Position numbers and translations under genes: made by a program
Shown here: positions 19,046-27,098 of the stretch, in pieces
How positions within the stretch are numbered: the stretch's first letter is position 1
Layout of the letters: every line of letters begins with the position of its first letter
Notes under the pieces: model-generated
What the model saw: only the letters and a program-made list of their open reading frames with translations
Told to the model about the DNA's origin: nothing
Databases searched by the model: none
Assembly: GCA_963801165.1 (NCBI GenBank)
Contig: CAWDDT010000011.1
Span: forward strand, 32,001-96,000
Direction: 5' to 3'
DNA length: 64,000 nt
From: an uncultured bacterium
Lineage (GTDB): Bacteria > Actinomycetota > Acidimicrobiia > Spongiisociales > UBA5794

Positions 19046-19495
19046 TCAGCTCCCTTCCCGCACCCACTCGGCACCGCCCGGCCAGTGCTCCTTCTTCCAG
19101 ATCGGCACCCTGGCCTTGAGCTCGTCTATCACGTACCGGGCGGCGGCGAACGCCTCGGAGCGGTGTCCGGAGCCGACGGCTACCGCGACGCTGGCCTCTC
19201 CGACGTCGAGGGACCCGACCCTGTGCACCACGGCGATCCGGACCACGTCCCAGCGCTCACGTGCCTCGGCGACGATCTCGGCGATCTTCCGGTCGGCAAC
19301 GTCGTCGTATGCCTCGTACTCCAGGTGAGTGACGCCCTCTTTGCCCTCGGAGTGGGCCCGGACAGTCCCGAGGAACAACGCGACGGCGCCGCACTGCGGA
19401 TCGCCGACCAGTTCGATGAGTTGCGACGCGTCGATTTGCTCGCGGCCAACGACGATTACATCACCGTCCCGTCGGGCTTGCTCTGCTGAGGTCAT
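19046..19495 (-). CDS. moaE: Molybdopterin synthase catalytic subunit MoaE
   Basis: C-terminal part of ORF 19046..20506: GAVALFLGTVR, LEYEAY, HRVG, IDELKARVPIWKKE; start ATG 19495. Confidence 0.92.
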   Translation of the reverse strand: MTSAEQARRDGDVIVVGREQIDASQLIELVGDPQCGAVALFLGTVRAHSEGKEGVTHLEYEAYDDVADRKIAEIVAEARERWDVVRIAVVHRVGSLDVGEASVAVAVGSGHRSEAFAAARYVIDELKARVPIWKKEHWPGGAEWVREGS

Positions 19496-19507
19496 ACAAT
19501 CATCTCC

Positions 19508-20746
19508 GTGGGCAACGATACCGCAGACAACGCCGAGTTCCACCGGCCTCCGCCGCCGCCCGTCGACGACGAAGTGCGCGTGCGCCCCATCGAGCCTCCG
19601 GCCACGCCCCCTCTCTTTCCCTACGCACCATTCCGACCGGAGCCGGGCACTACGCCGGAACCGGGGCGGAACCGCTGGCTGGGACCGGTGCTCGGAGCGA
19701 TCGCCGGGGCGGCGATCCTCGCATCGATCCTGTGGGGGACGGGCCGGCTCGACCGCCCGACGACCACAACCGCGGAAGCCGGTGTGATCCGCGAGGTGGT
19801 CACCGAGGGTGACCGGGCCAGCGCAACGGCGGTTGCCCGCAAGGTGGTGCCCTCCATCGTCACCGTGGACGTCGGAACGGGCGCCGACGACAGCTTCGAG
19901 CTGCTCGGGTCGGGATCCGGAGTCGTTCTCACCAACGACGGCCTGATCGTCACCAACCACCACGTCGTCGTCGATATGGACACCTACCGTGTGATCTTCA
20001 GCGACGGCCGCATCTACGGCGCCACCCTGGTGGGCTCTGATCGCCGCACGGATCTCGCCGTGCTCCGCATCAGCGCCACCGACCTCACCCCCATCGAGAT
20101 CGGCTCCACCAAGACCGCCAGCATAGGTGACACCGCGATCGCCGTCGGCAGCCCGCTCGGTCTTGAAGGCGGCCCCTCGGTGACCGTGGGAGTCGTCTCG
20201 GCGTTCGGGCGCCAGGTCAGGACGGGATCGACTTCGGTGGACGTGCTTTTCGACATGCTGCAGACCGACGCACCTATCACCCAGGGATCGAGCGGTGGAG
20301 CCCTGGTTGACGCCAACGGCAAGCTGTTGGGAATCACCTCGGCCATCGGTGTCAGCGCCGCAGGGGCCGAGGGGGTCGGTTTCGCAATCCCGGTCGAGCT
20401 GATGTCGCGGATCACCGGCGAGATAATCGAGACCGGCACGGTGCAGCACCCGTTCATCGGCGTGTCGCTGGGAACCGCGTTCAGCGAGAACCCGGACGGA
20501 TCGCAAAGGCCGGCGGGCGCCTACGTGACGGACTTCCCCGTAGAGCCGGCGGCGGCCCGTGATGCGGGCGTGGAGATCGACGACATCATCGTGGCCTACG
20601 ACGGAACCCCGGTCCGTATCCCGGACGACCTCATCAGCGGGCTGCGCGGCTACCGGGTCGGAGACACCGTTACCCTCTCAGTGGAGCGAGGCTCGGACCA
20701 CCTCGAGATACCAGTCGTCCTCGGCATCCGACCGGATGACATCTAG
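19508..20746 (+). CDS. HtrA-like S1C serine protease with PDZ domain
   Basis: TM helix, GSGSG, TNHHVV, DLAVL, QTDAPITQGSSGG, C-terminal PDZ. Confidence 0.92.
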   Translation: MGNDTADNAEFHRPPPPPVDDEVRVRPIEPPATPPLFPYAPFRPEPGTTPEPGRNRWLGPVLGAIAGAAILASILWGTGRLDRPTTTTAEAGVIREVVTEGDRASATAVARKVVPSIVTVDVGTGADDSFELLGSGSGVVLTNDGLIVTNHHVVVDMDTYRVIFSDGRIYGATLVGSDRRTDLAVLRISATDLTPIEIGSTKTASIGDTAIAVGSPLGLEGGPSVTVGVVSAFGRQVRTGSTSVDVLFDMLQTDAPITQGSSGGALVDANGKLLGITSAIGVSAAGAEGVGFAIPVELMSRITGEIIETGTVQHPFIGVSLGTAFSENPDGSQRPAGAYVTDFPVEPAAARDAGVEIDDIIVAYDGTPVRIPDDLISGLRGYRVGDTVTLSVERGSDHLEIPVVLGIRPDDI

Positions 20747-20757
20747 GAGGCAGCGAA

Positions 20758-21858
20758 GTGAGCGACAACCTATTCGACAGACTCTTCGAGCTCCTCCAGA
20801 CACCGGGACCGGTCAATTGGCGTCTCGGCAAGGAGATCACCCAATCCCTGGCGGGAGCATCGGAACCGATAGAACCCAAGATCGCCGAGGAGTACGAGGA
20901 ACTGACGCTGGCGGCCCAGCTGCGGCTCGCCGACCGGCTGAGCCTCGACGTGTCGACCACCAAGCCCGTCCACCCCGTTGACCGGCGCATGTGGGCAGAC
21001 CGCAACGAGCAGAGCTTCCGCTATCTCATAGAACCTCTGTCCGGCAAGCTCGGAGGCAGCGGCGGGAGTGCCATCCCCGGCCCGTTCCTCGCACCCATGG
21101 CGCCTCTGATCCTCGGGGTGCAGGCGGGGACGATGATCGGTTTCATGAGCCATCGTGTGCTCGGCCAATTCGACACCGGTCTTCCTGCCCTCGACCACGA
21201 CGAACTGTCGCTCGTCGTCCCCAACGTCGAGGCATTTGCAAGAGATCACGGCATCGAGTCACAACAGGTCCGCATGTGGGCGGTACTGCGCGAGGTGACC
21301 AACCACGCCATCCTCAGCGTCGGTTGGGTTCGTGACTACTTCATCAAGACCATCGCGGCGTTCTACGACACCGTGCAGTTCGATCCCTCCGGTCTTCTGG
21401 ACATGCTCGGCGGTCTGCAGGATCCGTCGGCTCTCACCGACCCGAGCGCCCTGGAAGGGCTCGTCGACGAGCCGGGCGGTCTTGCTCACCTGCTGGGCAG
21501 CTCACACGACCCGAGAACGCTGGCACCCATTCAGGCATTCCTGGCGTTCGTCGAGGGCTTTGGCGACTACGCGGTTCGTGCGGCTGCCGGCGATCTGATG
21601 CCACAGCTGAGCGAGATAGAGTCGGCAATGAGGTTGCGGCGCAGCGAGCCAAACGAGGCAGAGCAGTTCCTGCAACAGCTCCTCGGCCTGAGCATCGACC
21701 GTCATCGGGCAGACGAGGCTGCCGGGTTCTGTTCCGATGTGGAACGACGCTGGGGAGCCGAGACGCTGGAACGGCTCTGGGAGCAACCAGAGAAGATACC
21801 CAGGCTCGAGGAACTCACCGACGCCGTCGGCTGGGCCGCTCGCGTTTTGCTCGACTGA
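20758..21858 (+). CDS. Zincin-like putative metallopeptidase (DUF2342 type)
   Basis: GPVNW, VLGQFD, VVPNV, REVTNH, FVEGFGD, ERLW..PE..P..EEL. Confidence 0.8.
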   Translation: MSDNLFDRLFELLQTPGPVNWRLGKEITQSLAGASEPIEPKIAEEYEELTLAAQLRLADRLSLDVSTTKPVHPVDRRMWADRNEQSFRYLIEPLSGKLGGSGGSAIPGPFLAPMAPLILGVQAGTMIGFMSHRVLGQFDTGLPALDHDELSLVVPNVEAFARDHGIESQQVRMWAVLREVTNHAILSVGWVRDYFIKTIAAFYDTVQFDPSGLLDMLGGLQDPSALTDPSALEGLVDEPGGLAHLLGSSHDPRTLAPIQAFLAFVEGFGDYAVRAAAGDLMPQLSEIESAMRLRRSEPNEAEQFLQQLLGLSIDRHRADEAAGFCSDVERRWGAETLERLWEQPEKIPRLEELTDAVGWAARVLLD

Positions 21859-21896
21859 GCACCGTCGTCGTTCATCTCCGGGTCCGCTACCTTGCT

Positions 21897-21991
21897 CGCA
21901 TATCTGGAGATGAAACGCGTATCTGGAGATGAAACGCGTATCTGGAGATGAAACGCGTATCTGGAGATGAAACGCGTATCTGGAGATGAAA
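21897..21991 (+). repeat. 19-bp tandem repeat, 5 copies
   Basis: Unit cgcgtatctggagatgaaa; the first copy has one substitution; no spacers. Confidence 0.95.
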
Positions 21992-22000
21992 GGACACATA

Positions 22001-22453
22001 GTGCAGATCGGAACCCCCGCTCCATCCTTCGAGCTGGAAGACCAGGACCGAAACCTCGTGAAGCTCGAGTCGTTCCGCGGAGCCAACACACTCATTGTCT
22101 TCATTCCGTTCCCGTTCACGGGTATCTGTGACGGCGAGGCATGCGCCATCAGGGACAACCTCGTCGAGCTGGAAAGCCTCAACGCCAACGTCGCGGTGGT
22201 GACGACGCATGCCCGTCCCGTCAACAAGAGGTGGGCGGACGAGAACGAATTCCGCTTCCCCGTGCTCTCGGACTACTGGCCGCACGGTGAAGTTGCCACG
22301 GCCTACGGGGCGTTCAACGACGAGCGCGGCGTAGCCAACCGCTACACGTTCGTGTTGGATGCGGACGGTGTCGTGCGCGAGGTCATCAACACGGACCAGC
22401 TCGCCAGAGGCCGTGAGTTCACCTCGTATGTCGAAGCGCTGAAGAACCTCTAG
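22001..22453 (+). CDS. Peroxiredoxin, AhpE-like
   Basis: PFPFTGICDGE (PxxxTxxC), VLSDYWPHGEVA..YG, ANRYTFV; GTG 22001 after aagga (alternative ATG 21986 lies in the repeat). Confidence 0.88.
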   Translation: MQIGTPAPSFELEDQDRNLVKLESFRGANTLIVFIPFPFTGICDGEACAIRDNLVELESLNANVAVVTTHARPVNKRWADENEFRFPVLSDYWPHGEVATAYGAFNDERGVANRYTFVLDADGVVREVINTDQLARGREFTSYVEALKNL

Positions 22454-22464
22454 CCGAATGGCAC

Positions 22465-22494
22465 TGGAGGGGCGACCCGAGGGTCGCCACTCCA
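22465..22494. terminator. Hairpin between convergent genes
   Basis: tggag-g-ggcgaccc-ga-gggtcgcc-a-ctcca. Confidence 0.55.
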
Positions 22495-22535
22495 CCAGCC
22501 CCTACTCGGAACGTTGCGCCACCACAGCCCTGCGT

Positions 22536-23465
22536 TCAACCGAATATGCCGCTCCATATGCGGCTCAACAGGTTGCCGCTCTCCGCACGTGGAAGCTCCG
22601 CCAGAACCGCTTTGAGATGATCAGGGGGGAGATCGCCCACAAGCACATACGTCTTGCCCGAACCGCTCCATTGCACCCACAGCTCGGACGCGGTGAGGAA
22701 CCAGCGGTAGGTGCCGGAATCCAGCTTCATGGTGTCGGCGCCGACGAATGGCCCGGCGGCACCCTCGCCTTCGATCTGGAACACGGAGTAGGAGAACAGG
22801 CCATCCGAGTAGAAGGAGTGGATCGAGTCGTTCGGTCCGCCGTACGTATCGACCCGCTCATACCCGGCGACCGACTGGGGAAGCTGACCGGAATCCGTGG
22901 TCGTGACGACGTCGTAGCTGGAGGCGCCGAGAACGGTATAGATGCGGCGCGGATTGGAGTCGAAGTTGCGCATCCAGCTCAGCCGGAACAGGTCACCCTT
23001 GTTGTCGTAGACCTCTGAGCCCAACGACGCCCCGGTCTGGTCATCAAACCAGAGCCGGGCTCGCGCTTGCCCGTTCTCTTCCACCGTGACGACGACAACG
23101 TCGCGTCCCAGCCGCTCCTCCGGCTCGATCGACGAGGTGACGTACCGGTCTGCGAGCGGGACCGACGACCAGTGAGAGAGGGCGACGCCGCTGCTCGCGT
23201 CGACGTTGGAGACCCGGCCGTCACCGAGTACCTGCGACGTCCCACCCGACTCGACCATGAGCTTCGAGCCGGCGTGCTCGACCAAGACCACATTGAACTC
23301 GGTTTTCCCGTTGAAGCTGCACCATGTCGCCTGCTCCCCTGCGTAGTCCGCCTTGGTCGCTTTGACCAGGTAATCCTCGAGCCCGGACGCCGTCGCGACG
23401 GGAACCGACAGCAGCATGAGCGCCAGAGCCGCCAGCATCACAACAAGGACCCTGCGTACGCTCAT
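22536..23465 (-). CDS. Secreted RseB/MucB-like sigma factor regulatory protein
   Basis: Signal peptide from ATG 23465; LolA/RseB-like LGRDVVVV...RLWFDDQTG..L..EVYD; C-terminal YSDGLFSYSVF and YVLVGDLP as in MucB/RseB; last gene of the ECF locus. Confidence 0.72.
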   Translation of the reverse strand: MSVRRVLVVMLAALALMLLSVPVATASGLEDYLVKATKADYAGEQATWCSFNGKTEFNVVLVEHAGSKLMVESGGTSQVLGDGRVSNVDASSGVALSHWSSVPLADRYVTSSIEPEERLGRDVVVVTVEENGQARARLWFDDQTGASLGSEVYDNKGDLFRLSWMRNFDSNPRRIYTVLGASSYDVVTTTDSGQLPQSVAGYERVDTYGGPNDSIHSFYSDGLFSYSVFQIEGEGAAGPFVGADTMKLDSGTYRWFLTASELWVQWSGSGKTYVLVGDLPPDHLKAVLAELPRAESGNLLSRIWSGIFG

Positions 23466-24082
23466 GGCGCCGTGTCCGCTAGAGAGAACGCCGGGACGAC
23501 GTTGAACCCGTACTCGACGGACACGCGCGCCTGGTGCTGGTCGAACAGCGGCGTCATGTCCAGATCCGTCGTCCGATGAGATGGGTACAGCAGCGAGAAC
23601 GCCAGTGCCGCCACCGCAGAAATGCCGACCGCGGCCGCAACCACGCGGCGCCGCGACCACCGCTCGCGCGCAACGCGCTCTTGGTGTACCGCGATGAACT
23701 CGGGCGGTTCGAGACCGGGCAATGACCGAATCGCGGTGCGTGCCGAATCGAGCTCGTGGAGTTCCAGCCGGCAGTCGGTGCAGAAATCGAGATGTGAGAT
23801 GACGAACTCGTGCTCGATGGTCGACAACTGCCCATCGAGATAGGCCGACAACTCCTCTCCGGGATGGGTGTCGGGCAGAAGTCGCTCCGGAATCTCCAGG
23901 AACGGCAGCGTACGCAGCGCGGCCCGCATCTCCTTGAGGCGATGGAACTCGACGATGCAACCCCGGCACTCACCGAGATGGGCAACAATGATGTCGAGCT
24001 CGCCCGGCTGGAGCTCGGCGTCGAGGTACGCGGTGATCAGTTCGGCAACTGCGCAGCCGCCTGCCGCCTTCACAACGGCCAT
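23462..24082 (-). CDS. Anti-sigma factor with two tandem zf-HC2 (ZAS) domains and a TM helix
   Basis: AYLDAEL...HLGECRGC and SAYLDGQL...HLDFCTDC, then a TM segment. Confidence 0.88.
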   Translation of the reverse strand: MAVVKAAGGCAVAELITAYLDAELQPGELDIIVAHLGECRGCIVEFHRLKEMRAALRTLPFLEIPERLLPDTHPGEELSAYLDGQLSTIEHEFVISHLDFCTDCRLELHELDSARTAIRSLPGLEPPEFIAVHQERVARERWSRRRVVAAAVGISAVAALAFSLLYPSHRTTDLDMTPLFDQHQARVSVEYGFNVVPAFSLADTAP

Positions 24083-24579
24083 GTCAACAGCTCCCTGAGC
24101 ATCTTGCGACCGCGGTGGATGCGGCTGCGAACCGTGCCCACGGGGGATGCGATGGCTTCGGCAATCTCCTCGTAGGTGAGGCCGACGACATCACAGAGGA
24201 CAACGCATTCCCGGAAGTCGAGGGGAAGCTTGAGCAGCGCGCTCTGGATGTCCTCGGAGAGCCGCACCGACGCCAGCACTTCGTCCGGGGACGGGCTGGA
24301 GAATGCGAGATGGCGGTCGTCGTCGGGAAGTGGGCTGGTGGGACGGCGTTTCTGCTTGCGCACACCGTCGAGGAAGGCGTTTCTGGTGATCCGCCACAGC
24401 CAGCCGTCGAACGAGCCTGGTGTGTAGGAAGAAAGCCCGCGACGCACCCGGAGGAGAACTTCCTGAACGAGATCAGCAGCGTCATCGGGATTGCCGGTGA
24501 GGCGATATGCAAAGTTGTAGATCTTGCGCCCATAGACTCGCGCTACGTCTTCCCAGGTTGGGGTTCTCTCGTCGGCCAT
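24070..24579 (-). CDS. sigE: ECF sigma factor, SigE-like
   Basis: AYRLTGNPDDAADLVQEV, SYTPGSFDGWLWRITRNAFLD, GTVRSRIHRGR, close to actinobacterial SigE. Confidence 0.8.
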   Translation of the reverse strand: MADERTPTWEDVARVYGRKIYNFAYRLTGNPDDAADLVQEVLLRVRRGLSSYTPGSFDGWLWRITRNAFLDGVRKQKRRPTSPLPDDDRHLAFSSPSPDEVLASVRLSEDIQSALLKLPLDFRECVVLCDVVGLTYEEIAEAIASPVGTVRSRIHRGRKMLRELLTWPL

Positions 24580-24607
24580 TAGCCTTCCCCGGACTCCTAG
24601 AGCAGAC

Positions 24608-24639
24608 AACGCTCGGGAACCTGATCGAGTTCCCGAGCG
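24608..24639 (-). promoter_or_regulatory. SigE/SigH-type promoter GGAAC-N17-CGTT inside an 11-bp inverted repeat
   Basis: Minus strand gGGAAC tcgatcaggttcccgag CGTT, about 30 bp before the sigE ATG; inverted repeat cgctcgggaac / gttcccgagcg. Confidence 0.72.
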
Positions 24640-24693
24640 GTCAATACGGGCGAGCGACGGCGGTACCGGGACTAGCTCCTGTGGAGCGCCCCG

Positions 24694-24873
24694 TCAACCT
24701 TCGTGCGAATCCTTGTCCTCGTCGTCGTCCATGCCTTCGTCCAGACCCTTGCGAAACTCCTTCGCAGAAGCACCAATGGAACGCGCCAGATCCGGCAGCT
24801 TCCTGGCACCGAACAGCAACAGGACGATCAACAGAATCACGATGATTTCCCAGCCGTCGAGGTTACTAAGCAC
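24694..24873 (-). CDS. tatA: Twin-arginine translocase subunit TatA
   Basis: Below the ORF-track cutoff; manual translation MLSNLDGWEIIVILLIVLLLFGARKLPDLARSIGASAKEFRKGLDEGMDDDEDKDSHEG; RBS aggag. Confidence 0.93.
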   Translation of the reverse strand: MLSNLDGWEIIVILLIVLLLFGARKLPDLARSIGASAKEFRKGLDEGMDDDEDKDSHEG

Positions 24874-24993
24874 AGTTGACTCCTAGTTCCGCAGGAACCG
24901 GGCGCCGGCATATTCCGCCGGTTCGGCTCCTGCCGGTCCGATTGTACTCCGTGGCGCCCGTTAAAACCCCGCCACCCGTCTCTGTCGGCGCCG

Positions 24994-25788
24994 TCAGCCT
25001 CGCAGCGCGATGGTGTCGACGAACATCTGCAACCGCTCCCGGGTGACAAAACGGCATCGGGGATTGGCCCGTTCCTTGTCGAATATCTCGTAGGGTCGGT
25101 ACTTGTCGGTCAAGAGAAGCCCCCGGTCGGTGTGCGAGCGGGCAAAAGCAATGAGAAACGAGGTGATCCGGCTCTCATCGAGTTCCGGGTAATCGCCCTG
25201 CTCGTGGGCGACTACCTCGACGTAGGTGGAATTCCCCCCGCCGATCGCCACATAGATCCCCTCGTCCCGCTTGGTGAGCTGATATCCGGCGAGTCTGAGG
25301 AGACCGGGACCGAGCTCAGCCATCGTCATGTGCTCGGGGTCGATTCCCTGAACTCGTAGCCCGGCAGCGAGGCGTGCCGTGACCCTGATCTCGCTTCGGA
25401 TCGGTGCGAGGCGATCCCCTCGCCGGGTCGGGTTCAGCGGTAACACATCGCCCTCGTCGGCATCCCCGAACTTGGCCATCACGTCGTATCCACCGGCCTT
25501 CAGGGCAGACAGCAGGTCCGGGAACTCGAGGTCGGGCAAGCCATCCTCCGTCTCGAGGTCGAGCTCGGCAACCTGGACCAGCTCGCTACCTCGCCGTGCC
25601 CGAATCAGGGCTCGGGGGATACCGTCGAGCGGCTGCCCACGGCGTTTCCGGTCTCTGATGATCTCGGCTGCTTGATGAATCAACAACTCGGTGAGCACAT
25701 CGTCCTCGCCACGCGACGGCAGGGGCACGGCGAAATCGATGACGATCTCGTTGCCGACAACGTGGAAATCGTGGTCCGGTCGATCCAT
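24994..25788 (-). CDS. Hypothetical protein; C-terminus resembles a degenerate restriction-endonuclease (Mrr-like) fold
   Basis: RBS ggagg; 264 aa; LL..AGY....D.G.Y.A......TYVEV......GLLLT pattern. Confidence 0.7.
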   Translation of the reverse strand: MDRPDHDFHVVGNEIVIDFAVPLPSRGEDDVLTELLIHQAAEIIRDRKRRGQPLDGIPRALIRARRGSELVQVAELDLETEDGLPDLEFPDLLSALKAGGYDVMAKFGDADEGDVLPLNPTRRGDRLAPIRSEIRVTARLAAGLRVQGIDPEHMTMAELGPGLLRLAGYQLTKRDEGIYVAIGGGNSTYVEVVAHEQGDYPELDESRITSFLIAFARSHTDRGLLLTDKYRPYEIFDKERANPRCRFVTRERLQMFVDTIALRG

Positions 25789-25850
25789 GATGGCCTCCTA
25801 GAAGGCTGGTCCGAAGATCGGCGTCACGGAAACGGGCAAACGGCCGGATG

Positions 25851-26132
25851 TCAGGACACCCTACGACGCTTGGCGGTCTCGGCACGCTCGCGCCGGATCT
25901 TGCGGCGCTCCCGTTCCGACATGGCTCCCCAGATCCCGAACTTCTCGCTCGAGACGATGGCGAATTCCAGACACTGCTCCCTAACGACGCACTGACGACA
26001 GATCGACTTGGCGGTGCGGGTCGAGGCGCCCCGCTCCGGAAAGAAGAGATCAGGATCGGCACCGCGGCAGTTGGCGAGGTCGTGCCACGAGAGGTCTTCG
26101 GATTCGAGCACCTCGAGCAAACTGGCGAACAA
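25851..26132 (-). CDS. whiB: WhiB family transcription factor (WhiB/WhiB2-like)
   Basis: Four Cys; C...DPDLFFPERG, C..C.VR..CLEFA, GIWGAMSERERR. Confidence 0.9.
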   Translation of the reverse strand: MFASLLEVLESEDLSWHDLANCRGADPDLFFPERGASTRTAKSICRQCVVREQCLEFAIVSSEKFGIWGAMSERERRKIRRERAETAKRRRVS

Positions 26133-26357
26133 ACTCTTCTCCCTACACGTTTGTAATTACGTTAGTGTGATTCAACCAAGGCCGCGCGCGCCTGTCAACC
26201 CCGAAATCCGTTGTGGCACTTGGGTAGGTGGACACATCGACCCGACGGCAAGGGGATGCGAGCACCGTTACCGACGCGACTCCGAGAGCCGGACGCGATG
26301 TTTCGCATGGCCCGGTAGGGTCGGCAATAATGGCTTAACGCGTGGAGAAGGAGGTTC

Positions 26358-27089
26358 ATGGTGACCACGACCGGCCGCCTGGATGAGGCCAAGCCGACGA
26401 GACGGCTGCCCTGGATCATCGAGTTCTACCGATCGGATGTAGCCAAGAAGTGGACCATGGCGCTGAGCGGCATCATCCTCCTCGGGTACATCGCCGCCCA
26501 CATGCTCGGGAACATGAAGGTGTATCTCGGTCCAACGGCCATCAACGATTATGGGGAGTCACTACGCGATCTCGGCGGGCATCTGGTCCCCCGGACGCAC
26601 CTCTTATGGATCATGCGAGCAGGGCTCACCGCCGCATTCGCCATCCATATTCATGCCGCATACTCGTTGACACGCAAGAACATGCGAGCACGCGGCAAGA
26701 TCCGTTACGACGTGCCACGCGAGTACCTGGCAGCCAACTACGCCTCACGCACCATGCGGTACTCGGGCGTCATCGTGCTCCTCTTCCTGGCGTTCCATCT
26801 CATGGATCTCACCTGGGGCACGGCTAACCCCGACTTCATCCGGGGAGACGTCTACCACAACATGATCTCCAGCTTCGACCGTCTCCCGGTGGCCATCGTT
26901 TACATCGTTGCCAACCTGGCATTGGGACTCCACATCCTCCACGGCGTGTGGAGTCTGTTCCAGAGCATCGGCGCCAACAACCCCACGTACAACCGATGGC
27001 GCCGCTTTCTTGCCTGGGGATTCACGGCCGTGATCGTTCTCGGCAACCTCAGCTTCCCCATCGCCGTACAACTCGGAATCATCTCTTAA
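26358..27089 (+). CDS. sdhC: Succinate dehydrogenase cytochrome b subunit
   Basis: KKWTMALSG, HMLGN, ASRTM, HILHGVWS; multiple TM helices; first gene of the sdh operon. Confidence 0.92.
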   Translation: MVTTTGRLDEAKPTRRLPWIIEFYRSDVAKKWTMALSGIILLGYIAAHMLGNMKVYLGPTAINDYGESLRDLGGHLVPRTHLLWIMRAGLTAAFAIHIHAAYSLTRKNMRARGKIRYDVPREYLAANYASRTMRYSGVIVLLFLAFHLMDLTWGTANPDFIRGDVYHNMISSFDRLPVAIVYIVANLALGLHILHGVWSLFQSIGANNPTYNRWRRFLAWGFTAVIVLGNLSFPIAVQLGIIS

Positions 27090-27098
27090 GGAGGCTTC

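Noticed and set aside
19496-20506. N-terminal extension making a 486-aa MoaE fusion
   Set aside because: Antisense shadow of htrA; MoaE similarity starts near 19495
20758-21858. Zincin motif degenerate (REVTNH instead of HExxH) as a pseudogene or novelty
   Set aside because: The ORF is intact, and Arg at the first position is seen in related actinobacterial members; not enough to claim inactivation
21897-21991. Possible CRISPR array
   Set aside because: Units are head-to-tail with no spacers, only 19 bp long, and no cas genes are present
26140-26180. AT-rich segment upstream of whiB as a specific regulator site
   Set aside because: Probably promoter sequence, but no motif could be assigned with confidence
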